DNA from: Octopus sinensis
Taxonomy: Eukaryota
DNA length: 64,000 bases
Direction of reading: 5' to 3'
Assembly: GCF_006345805.1 (NCBI RefSeq)
Contig: NC_043003.1
Coordinates: forward strand, 95,542,001 to 95,606,000
This document shows, piece by piece, positions 1-64,000 of this stretch. The notes beneath the pieces are model-generated. The model made no database searches and had not been told where the DNA came from. It saw only the letters and a list, made by a program, of their open reading frames with translations. Position numbers and translations under genes: made by a program. The stretch's first letter is position 1; the number at the start of each line of letters is the position of its first letter.

Positions 1-746
1 GAAATTAATCATTCTGTAAGACAAGTAGAGAAGATTCTATAATAATATTTCTCCCCCCAAAATTCTAAAATGAAACCTCAGACATTTACAAATGCAGTTC
101 TCAAACTAAATGACCCTCTGCTTTACATTAACTGACAGCCAACATAACTCTGAGTTTTAGGGGAATGCAAATAACCTAATAAGTAAATCATGTTTTTTGC
201 TTGTTTTCTTATATTATTTTTTACATCTTAATTTCTCAAAAGTTACTTAATTTAAGAATAATTTCCAAAAGTTACAAGTCATTAGAAACTGGTAAATTTT
301 TGCTTTGTTAAATGCAAAGTGAAGATTTACAAACTCTGGAGACATTAGATAGTTAAGTGTAATTACAGTTTTAACATACCCACAATTTAATAATAGAATG
401 TTTTTTAATTGCTTAATTGGTGTGTGTGTGTGTGTGCACGTGCACATGCATTTGCGCGTGCCTGTGTGTGTGTGTGATTTTACATTAAATTTAAGAAATG
501 TGTCACAGATGTATTTAGTTCTAAAAGAAATTAATCAGAGCTGAAAATGTGTTCTCAAAATCATTATCATTATTATTTGAAGGGAACATATAAAGAACAA
601 ATAAGAGAGGTTTTTCACAATATCATTGAACTAATATCATACTATTTATCTACCAGTGCCATTTATTGATTATTTTCAGTAACTAGTTTTTTAGTGACAT
701 TCATATTAATATCGTAACATAATTTTGCAAACATGCAACCTTATAT

Positions 747-796
<50 letters not shown>

Positions 797-1313
797 TGCA
801 AAAATCAACAATCTATTCAAAGTCATAAGTCATAAAAAGAACGTAGAAATATGGTTAGTGTAAGGGCAGCATAAAAATATTCTTTATTATACCGATACCA
901 GTTTCCAGCAGCAAATACAAAAAAAAAGTACCAGAAAACAAAAAGATTGTATATAAAAAAATAAACAAAATACTATATGTGTTGCTGACAAAAGTAGAGA
1001 CAAAGACATAGATAAACCTACTGGAATATTCAAGGACTGGAATGTGCTAAAATACCATTTCTTGGATTGTTTTAATAAGAATAAACAACATTGGCTCTAA
1101 TTATTAATTCACCTCCCAGTCCAATAAATTTCAACACACACACGTACACATATACATACATACATATATATACACACACATAGTCAACCTATGAGATCCA
1201 GAGATTCTCAGTATAGAAAACACTTAATAGCACTCAAATGATTCTAACTCTGATGTCTTTACGGGGGACCAATTTGTATATCAAACCCATGCTGTTATTT
1301 ATCTGCATAATTG

Positions 1314-1374
<61 letters not shown>

Positions 1375-1811
1375 ATATATATATATATATACACACATAT
1401 GAGGTGTAATGTGTTTAAAGTTTGTATGCATTTGAGAAAAATAACTTCAATTCCCTGATACAAAAGACTTCCTTTGGAAAGTGAGAAAAGTGAGAAAAGG
1501 TTTTACATCATTCTTAGTCCACAAGGTCAGTATCTAAGGAAATAAAGACAATTTTGGTGCATTCGTGTTAATTAACAAGCACGATAAGCAAGAGAAGACT
1601 TTGCATCCTTTCACACCAATACCTAGAAGGAATTGAACCCTCCTCCCAACTACATCTCTGCATGGATTTAGAATGAAGAGAACCTTTTACCATTCCCCAA
1701 AGAAGGAATTGGTCTAAAACACAAGAAACTCTTCTAGCAATAAAATACCACTTTAACTAACTTTAACTTTACCAATAAAGATAGCTACTAGTGTTCTTGG
1801 ATTTTAGTCTC

Positions 1812-2039
1812 TTAACCCTTTCGTTACCGTATTTATTTTGGGATGCTCTATGTCTTTTTCAATTACTTTAAATATAACAAAGAATTTAGTAAAATAACTA
1901 AGTTATCATTCAGCTGGTGTTAGGAACATAAATTGTGAGTAAGGTTTGGTGGAAGATTTTAATTCAAAACTTATGAAAACAAGACATTTATACTCAGAGC
2001 CAGAGCCGGTTTCAGCTGGGTTGGTAACGAAAGGGTTAA
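1812..2039. mobile_element. TTAA-flanked MITE family E (piggyBac-like ends)
   Basis: TTAA|ccctttcgttacc ... ggtaacgaaaggg|TTAA. Confidence 0.88.
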
Positions 2040-2042
2040 ACA

Positions 2043-2074
<32 letters not shown>

Positions 2075-2259
2075 TCTTGAATAATAGATAGCACAGTTGA
2101 TATGAGTTGGCAAAATTATGAGAATGGATGATGAAATAGCCTGCAGTATTTGTTCTAGCTTTTTACTTCCAGAGATAAAATTTCACCAAGATCAACTTTA
2201 ATTTTCATTCATTTTAGATTTTAGCCAAACGGTGTTTTCTCAGTCTTTTAGTCAAGATA

Positions 2260-2910
2260 GATGCCAGGCGAGGAGAATCATTAGCATGCTGTACAAAATA
2301 CTTAATGGCCTTTTCTCCAGCTTTATGTCCTGAGTGCAAATTCTACAAAGGTCAATTTTGTTTTTCATCCTTTTTTTTGTGCTGGTAAAAGTAAGTGCCA
2401 GTTGAGCACCAGGGTCGATATAATTGAATAGCCCCACCCCCAAAAGTTTCAGATTCTGTGCCTATAGTAGAAAGAATTATATTAAATTTTAAGGTAGACA
2501 AAATGATTAGTGACATTTCATCCATCTTTATGTTCTGAGTTCAAATTCCATTGAGGTTGACTTTGCCTTTCATCCTTTTGGGTTTGGTAAAATAAGTACC
2601 AGTTGAGTACTGGGGTCAATATAATCGTCTATACACCTCCCAGAAATTTCAGACCTTGTGCCTATAGTAGAAAGGATTATTCTTATTATTATTATCATTA
2701 TTATTAGGGTGGAAAGCTAGCAGAATTGGTAGCATGCTGGACAAAATGTTTAGTGGCTTGTTCTAAATTCAAATTCCGCCAAAGTTGACATTGCTTTTCA
2801 TCCTTTCGGGGTCAATAAAATAAGTACTAGTTGAGTACTGGGGTCGATGAAATCAACTTACACTTTTCCCCATAACTGCTGGCCTCGTGCCAAAATTTGA
2901 AACCAGTAGC
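2260..2910 (+). mobile_element. Three tandem older SINE family A copies
   Basis: Repeated gagttcaaattc..tttgcctttcatcc..aagtaccagttgagtactggggtc. Further copies at ~25355-25555(-), 33425-33625(-), 38345-38560(+), 47100-47200(+), 54215-54410(-) and 59435-59620(-). Confidence 0.75.
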
Positions 2911-3542
2911 AGTAGTATCATCATCATCATCATCAGTGTTATTACAACTCTACCACTACTCCACCACTGTTACTACAACTACTTCCAGCATTAGAGTAAC
3001 AACTGCTGAATCTCAGTTCCACGCAGGGAACTTTCTTTAATGTCATACTGACATTCAATATCATAATGTCCTTGCATGAACATTAAAACCTCCTACTTCC
3101 TTCCCACCTAACAAACATCAGGCTTTATGCCTGTACATGAAAAAAAAAATGTTGCTAGTTATTTCAAGCATTTTACAACTGCTGTTCCACGTTTAATATG
3201 CTGAAAGATTCTAGATAGACTGATATTACATTTTACAATGAAATTGTGATCTTCAACATTAATCACTCAACTGGAAAATATGTATACTACATACTTTCAG
3301 TCATCTTTTTGCTCACTTCCAGTCATTGGACTGTGGCAATGAAGGGTTGTTTTTTTGTTTTTTTCAATTATTATTGAACAAATCAACCTCAGTACTTATT
3401 TTAAGTTCGGTACTTATTCTACAGGCTATATTTAGCTGAACCACTAAGTTACGAGGACGTAAATAAACCAGCACAAGTTGTCAAGAAGTTGGGTGGGGGG
3501 AACACAACAAACACTGGCACAAAGACACACAGATAAAAATAC

Positions 3543-3592
<50 letters not shown>

Positions 3593-4252
3593 TACATACA
3601 CACACACATACATATATATATATACATACACATATAAACATATATGAATAAATATACATACACACAATGAGCTTCCACATAATTTCTGTCTATCAAATTC
3701 ACTCACAAAGCATTGATAGGCCTGTGGCTGTAGTAGAAGACATTTGTCCATGATGCTGTGCAGTGGGACTGAACCATGGTTAAAGAGAGCTTTTTGGCCA
3801 CATTAGGGAACCTGTGACATTTTTTAGATCAATAGTTCAGGCCATTATTGTCAACACTACAGTCTCTCTCTCTTCTTCTGCTGAAGTTGCCAAATATGTA
3901 AACTCAGTCTCATATACCTATTCTACACGCCTCTTTATCCTTTCTGCTGGACATTCGCTCACACCTTCAACCCTCATGCTTTTAACACCTTTAGCCAACC
4001 TTCATTTCTACTCTTTCAGAAATCTATCTGAGGAAGAAGTTCAAGATGAACCTCAAATACAATGTTCTTACAGAGCGCAACTCATTTTTTTGAGGAACTA
4101 AAAAAGTAAAGGGAATAATAATAAAAATAAACATTTCATTTTCTAAAACTATTCTCCTAACGGGTATACATCCATTTACAAGTGTGTGTGTGTGTGTGTG
4201 TGTATACAACAGAAAGAGATTTTTTATATATACACACACACGACTGAAAGAG

Positions 4253-4304
<52 letters not shown>

Positions 4305-6310
4305 CATCTCTTTCAGTCATTATACTTTGGTTACTTGGACATATAGAGGGGTACCATCTTGAAGGGTTTAGTTGATCAAATTTACCCAAGTATTTAATTT
4401 TTAAAATCTATTGGTTCTTTTGCCACACTGCTAACCTATGAGATATAAGCAAACCAATACTAGTTATCAAGTGGTGATCAGTGGGACAAGAACAATTTCT
4501 GTCTACCAAATTAACTCACAACATATTGGTTGGCCTGAAGCTATAGGTAAGGGCACTTTGCTTAAGGTGTTACACAGAAGGACTGAACCCAAACCACATG
4601 GTTGCAACTACGTGGCAATGCTTGCCCCTATACATAGACTGAAATAGCAATGAAAATGTTTAACTCCAATACACAACATATAAACTAAACAAACGAAAAC
4701 AGAAAAGAAAAAAACACAACACAAGAAATACCCATACTATTCATAACATACTATAGGAGACATACAACATTAATGCACATCAACAATTTCAGAATACTAA
4801 TTCTTCAATGATAGTAAGTCAGATCTGTTGGCCTGTGTTCACTTTTTCAACTACATAACAATTAATATCAATTTTCTCACAAGGCTGCAAATATTGAATC
4901 TCTGGTCAGTATATATAGCTGACATTAATTTTGATCTAAGAGGTATGAGAGTAAAGACAACCCTGCCAGATTTGAACTCAGAATGTGAAGAGAAACAAAG
5001 CAAAAAGTACCACAAGGTGTTATTTTGTCTGGTGTCCTAATGTGACTATTATTCTACAACTCTACATGATATTAACATGAAGCACAGTTTGTGGTTATGT
5101 GAAATCTGTGAAATCTATGGGATAGAAATAAGAACTGCACAATGTTCCTTGCTGGATTTTAAGAGAGGATATCTTTAAAAAAAAAAACCAAAAAAAACAA
5201 TCATTCATGCATGTGTGTTTTATACGCATGCCTATGTTCGGGTTGTGCTTCTGTTTAAACCATATAATCCTACTTGCCTTAGTCTGGCTAACTAATAATA
5301 GATTCCACTCTCATTTTACAACTGAGTAGTAAGTTAATCATGAAAGGGGCATAAAATCAATTGTGCCAACGAACTTATGACACCCATAAGAAAACAACTC
5401 ATCATAAGATATTGTAGATATTGTAGACATCATCATCACCACTTTTACATGTATTTCTCGTGCTGGCATAGGTTAGACAAGTCATCACAGTTCAAGCTAG
5501 TTCTTATTCACAGTTACTACTCTCACAACAGCACAAATATATTTATGCACATAGTACACACTTTCACATGCATAGAGTTAACTCATGTAAAATAACACTT
5601 CGAAGAAAAAAAATTTTTTAATAGAAACAGGCCCAAAAACCATTTTTGTTATCAGTTGAATAGACACATTCCAGAGAAAAACTTTTATCAGCGCTTCATT
5701 AATGCTACCTTAGTCATCTAGCCAAATCCTTAGAAATGGTATTGCACAAGCCATCCCTTGAATTCCATTGTAACAGAGAAAGTTTCAAGCATGCATAGCA
5801 CATTTTTCTGCATCAAACCCGTGTTCCTTATGAGTAATGTTGTCCGTGTTGACTAATTTAATTAAGAGAATTAAAGAAGAGACTAAATGGCGGGGGAATG
5901 GAGGACAGGGGAGGAGGGAGCTTTCAAATGTTTAACAATGATAGCTAATCAAACAGAAAAAGAACAGATGACATGAGATGAAAAAATGAAAAATAGGGGC
6001 AGAATCGATTCAGGAAATATTGCTTAAATGTCCAATGAAGAGATGTTATACAAAAATCTTTGGGTTTTCTTTTTGTTTTGTTTTGTTTTTGTCGTTTTGT
6101 TTTTTAGGAAAAAAAATGGAATATCAAATTCTATTTTTAAATGCTAAAACTGGCTATGAAGCTATGAAATTAGTTTCATGTTTAAGTTCCCTGGGTAACT
6201 TCTGAAGTTGTTTCTAAGGATCCAGAAATATCCTATTTGAAGAAGATACTTGTAGCATAGAGATAAAGCTTATCAATCCATTTCGTGTGTATGTGTAAGC
6301 ATATATGTAA

Positions 6311-6351
<41 letters not shown>

Positions 6352-7085
6352 GGTGTAATAGATGTGAGCTATAACATCTGATTATATTGGAAAAAGATAA
6401 TAAAAACGAAGTACTCCTTTACTGTTTTTAACATTCAGTTATTTCTTACAGTGGATTACTACTACTACTACTACTACTACTACAAGATAGATAGATAGAT
6501 TTATCTAGCTAGCTAGTTATTCTATTTATATATGTAAAGCTACATGGCTTATTGATTACAGGTGTTTGGTTCAACAGTCAAGGGGTCAATTTCCTGACTG
6601 GGTGGTATGTTGTCCTTGAGCAAGGCATTCTGCTTCACACTACTACTAGTCTGCTCAGCTGAAAATGAATATGAGCCAAGTGCTGGCACTGCCCTCTTTG
6701 CTTCTAGCTGTCACATACTCAATGTTCTAATCGGACAAGAGGAAGCAAACCAAAAAGGTGTCCATGTCTGATCACAATTACATAAGAACCTAAAACAATT
6801 AGCAAAAGTATGGCATATGATACTAAGACTTATTCATTCATAAGTGATAGGTGGCAAGAGAGAGTGGGGGGAATGTGTCTCCAGACAAAACAAAATAGTA
6901 GTAGTAGTAGTAGTAGTAGTAGTATGAGACTTAACAGGTGTAGGTAGGGTTGAAAGTAATAAAATAAATGTAGACTGTCAGTTGTCATCTGTCATGCTAC
7001 AGGTGGGATGGGGGTGGGGTGTCTTCATTGAAATTCCCAGAGAATTTGGGAATGTGACAGCATGTCAATATTAGGACATTCTAAG

Positions 7086-7500
7086 GCAGCAAGCTGGCAG
7101 AAATGTTAGCACGCTGGGCGAAATGCTTAGCAGTATTTCGTCTGTTGTTACGTTGTGAGTTCAAATTCCGCCGAGATCGACTTTACTTTTCATCCTTTCG
7201 GGGTCGATAAATTAAGTACCAGTTATGCACTGGGGTCGATGTAATCGACTTAATACCTATGTCTGTCCTTGTTTGTCCCTTCTCTGTTTAGCCCCTTATG
7301 GGTAGTAAAGAAATAGATATTTCATCTGCCATTACGTTCTGAGTTTAAATTCTGCTAAGTGTCGACTTTGCCTTTCATCCTTTCAGGGTTGATTAAATAA
7401 GTACCAGTTATGCACTGGGGTCGATGTAATGAACTTACTCCCTTTGTCTGTCCTTGTTTTTCCCCTCTATGTTTAGCCCCCTGTGGGCAATAAAGAATTA
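7086..7500 (+). mobile_element. tRNA-headed SINE family A, head-to-tail dimer with a 19-bp TSD
   Basis: Box A/B-like tggcagaaatgttag / gagttcaaattcc; TSD aatattaggacattctaag at 7067-7085 and 7501-7519. Confidence 0.85.
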
Positions 7501-10424
7501 AATATTAGGACATTCTAAGATGGTGAGCTGGTAGAACCGTTAGCAGACTGGGCAAAATGCTTAGCAGTATTTGAAACCAATACTAGCACATTCTTATTAT
7601 ATGAGATAGAAATAGGATGATGGAATAATGTAGAGCTTCTCTGTCAGGCACCAATCACATCATTTGTACCCATTCATAAAATGCCTTTGCCTTACACTGC
7701 CCATATAGTGCAGGTTGTGTCTGCTTTGTCTCTTACTTTCCAAAATGTAATTTAAAAGTAATGTGTCAAAGTTATTTTATTACTTTCAAACAGACATGAC
7801 CAACCAACCAAACAAAACGATGGTCATGAATCTAATTGTATAATCAATGTTTATCTCACATTAATTAACTCAGTGTATGTGTGCATTAGCATTTATTGTT
7901 TTAGCAGAGAATCTCCCTTCCCCTTGCTATGCACATTTTTCCCTGCAGATATTATTCAAGCTGAGAAACTACTACTCAATCTTTCCAGTCTGGGAGGCCT
8001 GCAAAGGTCATCATCATTGCTCCTCCTTCTCCAACTAACTTGCAAAAGCAATAGATATCATTCATTTTCATAGAGATATTGGTAGCTAGTTAATAGAATA
8101 TCAACCTACCTGCTAAAGTAATCAAACCTTGATACATACTTCATCCCTGATGTATGATACACAGTGTATTTAGTAAAGATATACAACTCTTAACAAGTTA
8201 CTGTCCCTAATTATGTACTGGATTCATGTTTAAGTATACTAGCATTGATACCCTGTTGTAGATAACACCAACTACTATATGATTACAAAGGAGTCTTTTG
8301 TTGCAGTTTTAACCTCAAATTCCCATTCGCACCTAGAAAATGCAATCATAAACTACTTCTGAGAAAATGAATATCTCCTAATATCCTGATGGTGGATGTC
8401 TCTGATTTCAAAAAAAAAAAATAATAATAATAATAAAAATAAAGTAAAAATGAAACATGAAGTATTTTAGTTACCACTCCAGTACAAATGTATCAAATCT
8501 ACATCCATGACTCCATAGAAATGGAAAAAAAAATAAAAGGGAGGATAGGAAATGAATGACTTGATGCAGCCTGACAGATGAATTAGTTTGAAACAATGTA
8601 CTTGTAACTCTATGAAGAAGCTTAGAAAGGCTGGCTTCCTTACAGTGGAATGATACTGAAGAGAATTTAGATTTTAAATGATACAAACTGCACAAGGAAT
8701 ATTTTATAATTAAAGAGTAAGATCATACTTTACAATGGCATGATAAATGCAAAACAAAACAAAAATCAAACAGCAGTGAAATATTTTAAGAGTGAAGAAA
8801 ATGGAAAAAAAAAAAAAGAAAAATGAAATTCCTGAACCGAAAAAATGATGGTGCATGGTGAACACATCACAGTGTAGACAAAGCATTCAGCAGAACAAAC
8901 AACAAAGAATACAGAAGTCAAAGTGAGGAAATTTAGAGAAAAGATCAGCAGCATGCTTTTGGCACTCTTTTGAAGACACATGAAATCAATATCACAGAGA
9001 AGACAAAGCGCATGGGAAAAGCTTCACTGAAATATAAAAGCGCATCAAATTACAATTCATGACAAAACTTCTATCAGCCATATCAAATTGCTTCTGTACA
9101 GAACCAAAGTTATTAATTAATTTATTTATTAACAGTACTAAATGAGGATTATTAATTCCTTTCATAAAATGTAGAGGAAATGTCAATGGAATTCAAAAGT
9201 CCTGTTCTGCTAAAAGAAAACCTTGAAATTAAATAGATTCCCTAAAATAGTATTTATTTGAAGCAATGTAATTAGACTGAGTTTCATATAGAAATACTGC
9301 TCTTACAAACAAGGTATAAGTATTGCAGAGGATGCAACATGGTCTTATCCACTGTACAATACAATATTAGTTTATTCTATAACATTTTATCAACTACCTT
9401 TAAGTTATACACCTGTGTAGTTAGAGACAACTTGAGCTATTCAACAACAACAACAACAACTAACACGGCTATACATTTACAATTTATGAAATTTAATCAT
9501 ATGTTAATGAACAATAAATTACATAAACTAATGCTAAAATTTTATTTGAAATAAAAGCAAGGCAATAATTCCATTATACCAAACAAGAAATTAATAATTT
9601 ACAAGTAAGTTCCATGTTAATTCTGCAAAGATTCACTTAACCTTTAAGTTGTTGGAATCAAAGTAAAACTGATATGTTGAATTTAAGTCATTTTCAAAGA
9701 TTCAAAATCACATTCAAATATTAAACTGGACACTTCCTTTGCCAACAATGCCTGAACATCTGGTTAATTAGGTTTCTAATAGTCATCTGACCAATCAGGC
9801 ATTGTAGCATTATTGAACTGATAAGGTTGGGCCTCACAGAGGCAAAGTTGCCAATGCTGGTGGTACATGAAAAGCAACTTTCGAGTGCTGCATGAGAAGA
9901 CCTGTCAAGCCAAGTGAAATCATAGTCATGGCTGATACTGGTGTCACAAAACTGGCACCCATGCCAGTTGCACATAAAAAGCACCTTTCAAGTATTGAGC
10001 CTCACAGAGGCAAAGTGGCCAATGCTGGTGGCACACGAAAAGCACCTTTTGAGTGTTGGACCCCAAGGAGGCAATGACGAATGACTGAGACCTTTGGTAT
10101 TATGCCCCGTGCTTGAGAAGAAGACCCCTTAAGTCAAGTAAAACCACAGTTGTAGCAGATAATGGTGTCATGCAAATGGCACCCACGCTGGTGGCACATA
10201 AAAGCACCCATTACACTCTCGAAGTGGTTGGCATTAGGAAGGGCATCCAGCCATAGAAACCATGCCAAATCAGACTGGAGTCTGGTGCAGCCTTCCAGCT
10301 TGCCAGCCCTGGTCAAACCATACCTGCATGGACAACAGACATTAAATGATGATGATGATGAAGGTTTTCATTAGATCCCATTTCTTAGTTCAAGCCTTCC
10401 AGTGATTGGTCCATGATAGAAATG

Positions 10425-10643
10425 TTAACCCTTCAGCATTCAGATAATTGCGAAATGTAATGCTTATTTATTGTTTTGAATTAATCATGCATTATCTCAT
10501 AGCTTTGAGATTTCAATGTTGCAGTTGTTTATTTTTAGAATGATATTCTAGGGTAGGTGTGAAAGGTCAGATCTGGCCAGCTTGAACATAAAATGGCCAG
10601 AATATTTGGCTAGATATGGCTGGATTAAATGTTAAAGGATTAA
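10425..10643. mobile_element. TTAA MITE family F
   Basis: ttaacccttcagcattc ... aaatgttaaaggattaa. Other copies at ~16042-16249, 21520-21725, 23306-23531, 32947-33166 and 53125-53312 (reverse). Confidence 0.8.
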
Positions 10644-12207
10644 AAATGTCTTCTTAATTTCAATTTCATTATCACCACTAAAACGATGATTGAACTAAAA
10701 TATATGTAATAAAATTTGTCATTTTGCTTTACATTGTAATACAATGCAGTAATCAACATAGCTTTCCTATTTTCAGTTTAGAAGAATTATACAGAAGGGA
10801 TAATTTTTTCACTCATAATTTTAGATTTTCTTTCTTATCAAAGCAGGAAAACTAGTTGAAGGAAAAGAATAAAAAGGTTGAGAGTTTAAAGTGATTATTG
10901 GAAACACACACACACAGATAAACCAATTGATTAAATGAGATGTAGGGTCAAATACAGAGACAATTTACAAAAGTCATACATTTAGATGTTGTTGTTGTTG
11001 AACACCAGTAGTTGAATCAGATGAAGGCCCACAAGCTAGACATGACATAATTTTCAATAATTTATTTTATTTCAGTATGTTAAATGAAGCATATTCTCTT
11101 AAACATCAGAGTTTGGTACAAGAACTTTCAGCCTTATTCAGTTCCTCATGTAAATACTGAAGACATTCACTATCAAGGTAGAAGGCATTTTTGCTTTTCA
11201 CTTACTATTTAGTCTCAGAATTTATACTAGCAGTTAAATATATAGATTACACAAAACTAGGCGTTAATTTACTATTTAGAAATGAATAGTTAACCTTAAA
11301 AGTAGATAAATTATCATAACTTCACTTCAGAACCTTATGAATTTCAAAAGCAATTCAGAGACTAAGCTGATAAAACACCAAACTCCTAACCTTCTGCATT
11401 GCGTGTCCTTATTGAGTATGTGTATATGACAATAGCTAATTTAACTTACCTAATTAAGAACTCCTCTTCATACAAGTTAACATATTGCATTTATGATTGC
11501 AGTTGCTATAGATACTAAATTTCTGCTGCTGACTGTTCAATATACATTCATTAACTGACCATTACGCTTAGTTTTTTTGGGATTCTTGTCTTTTGTTTTT
11601 TTTTTTAGATTTCTTTCATAAATATGTTTTGGTTACATAGCTACAACAGCTGAATGCTGAAACTATCATTCTTACTTTCAAAGACAAAATCAGCACAAGT
11701 CTTGGGTAGGAAATATCTAGTAAAGATTGATCAGAATGTAAAAACCTGATTGTTTTGTGTTTTATTTATGCTGCAAGAGGCGGTGTTGTCAGTAAATCTG
11801 TTAACCTGTGTAACAAGAAAAAGTTACTCAAAGACAATAGAAAAACATGCCAATCACACAGAAATATTTTCACCTTTTTTTTTCTTTTTTTTTTGCTGTT
11901 GTTAGTCTAAGCAAAAGAAAGTGAAGTATGTATAGCTTTGGCAAAACCTTCCTAGGTTGTAGGGTCAGAGAAAGTATGTGAGGCTAAAGCACTTAATATT
12001 CATCTGAATCATCATAGATTAATTGTTGAGAAAGAGGCAAAAGCTGGAGGGGTGAGCACTGAAAGACATAGTTTTAGATTAAAAGAAAGGTAAGTAGATT
12101 AAGTGTGTTTAGGTATGGGGAGTACAAACTTGGAAAACAAAGAATTAACAGCTGTTAATAGCAGTATAAGCAGCAGAAAATATAACAGCTTGATAGTTGG
12201 GTTGTAG

Positions 12208-12273
<66 letters not shown>

Positions 12274-13546
12274 TTATATAAATCACTCTGAAATGCATGC
12301 ATCCATCAGTCTGGTTAGAGAGCACTTTGAACTTATTTGATGTGTTTACACTTATTTGTCTATTACAAGAAATTTTTTCCATGACAAAATGCACTGAAGA
12401 ATGGCTTTCTTATAGTTTCACATATTTGAACTGGTGACAAGTTTGTATTTATACACATCACTGCTTGATGCTTCTATTCTGTGTTTTATTTACAGTAAGC
12501 CATCAATTAACGCAGCCAGACACAGTACAATGTATAATAAGAGATATCCATCAACTCTTGTCAGTTCATAGAGTTCTTTTTTTGGTATTTGAGGCTGAGG
12601 AGGAGATAACCACTCTGAAATGCATGCATCTGGTTAGAAAGCATTTTAAACTGACTCCGTGTGTTTACACTCATTTGTCTACAGTGAGAAATTTTCTCCA
12701 TGACAAAATAGAGTGAATGGCTTTCTTACAGGTTCAAATGTGCCCCAAACATATCTGAACTGATAACAAGTTTGTTATGTGTATATATGATGAGCAAAGA
12801 CTTGATTAAAGTCAGATGTTGGGTGAGAAGTGAGAAAAGTATGGATGCGCATCAGAGTGTGTACAGTTGTAATTTCTCGGGTTATTTCAGTAATACTCAA
12901 GTATAGGGCATATCTGGACTTCATACAGAGTTAGCATCTGTTGAGAGTTTTGATGAGTTTGCAGCACTAAGAAGTCTCAAAGGAAACACGGTCATGTTAA
13001 TGCAATTATAGTTGCATAAGATGTGTGACTTCTGAATGATTTTGTGAAGCATTGTTGTCAGGCCTTGTTAAGCTGGGCATTTGTAAAGAGTGTGACATAA
13101 CTAGTGTGGTGGATTTGTATAAACAAAAACACAAAATCTGAGGTAAGTACACTGACCAATCTTTACTAACCTAATGAGTCTTAGCAGAAATGCAGGAATA
13201 TTAAAGGAATAACACATAACTAATGGCTGAAATGAAGGAAATAGGGAGCAAACAGCAAACTGACAATGATTTTAATAAAACTTAAGCCAAACCATAACCA
13301 GTTATTTTAAAGAAAGTTTGAAAGAATGATTAAACAGCTTTGTTAATGACAGTAAGCAGAACTTATCTGAAGAAAGATTAAAATAATGACACAGTAAAGC
13401 AGTTTAAAACATCTAGGAGAGATTTCAAAAAGCTAAAGAATTATGCAAAAGGTAAGAAGATAGATTACAATAGCTAGAGACACATCCACACGTACACACA
13501 TAGAGATAGACAGAGAAAGACACACATAAATAGATGGACTGAATAC

Positions 13547-63932
<50,386 letters not shown>

Positions 63933-64000
63933 CTGAAAATTTCCGAAGAGGATATTTCATGTAATTACATTTGATAAACAGAATATTTGAGTATAAGTTC

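Noticed and set aside
11010-11050. cagatgaaggcccacaagctagacatg, resembling a decayed hammerhead on the plus strand
   Set aside because: Core substitutions on both sides and no convincing stem I; kept only as a possible relic.
11676-11805. Exon-like segment with good acceptor (ttacacag) and donor (gtaaga) on the minus strand
   Set aside because: It has stop codons in all three frames; in the required phase 1 it gives GGT TAA immediately. At most a poison or terminal exon, and unsupported.

Overview
AT-rich, microsatellite-laden metazoan DNA. The repeat landscape (tRNA-headed SINEs, RTE/CR1 LINE tails, TTAA and hAT MITEs, Penelope-like remnants) looks like an Octopus/coleoid genome; this is inferred from recognition, not a database hit. 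One protein-coding gene crosses the window on the minus strand: a FAM135 (FAM135A/B-like) orthologue. Nine coding exons (63862-63932, 52659-52832, 46725-46818, 25914-26058, 24883-24932, 20753-20908, 17960-18033, 15630-15793, 13547-14008) have AG/GT boundaries and splice in one frame (1390 nt, about 463 aa). The N-terminus lies beyond the right edge, and I found no C-terminal lipase-like exons, so they presumably lie beyond the left edge. Almost all ORF-track entries are microsatellite or repeat artefacts. The most unusual observation is a set of type-I hammerhead-ribozyme-like motifs in at least four intronic, Penelope-like repeat families. One has a canonical CUGAUGA core in the loop of a ~155-bp inverted repeat, two carry an A6U variant, one is a G3:C8-swapped variant inside a 130-bp palindrome, and one is a decayed copy downstream of a GIY-YIG C-terminus. 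Most are in sense with the FAM135 pre-mRNA. None has been tested for activity.
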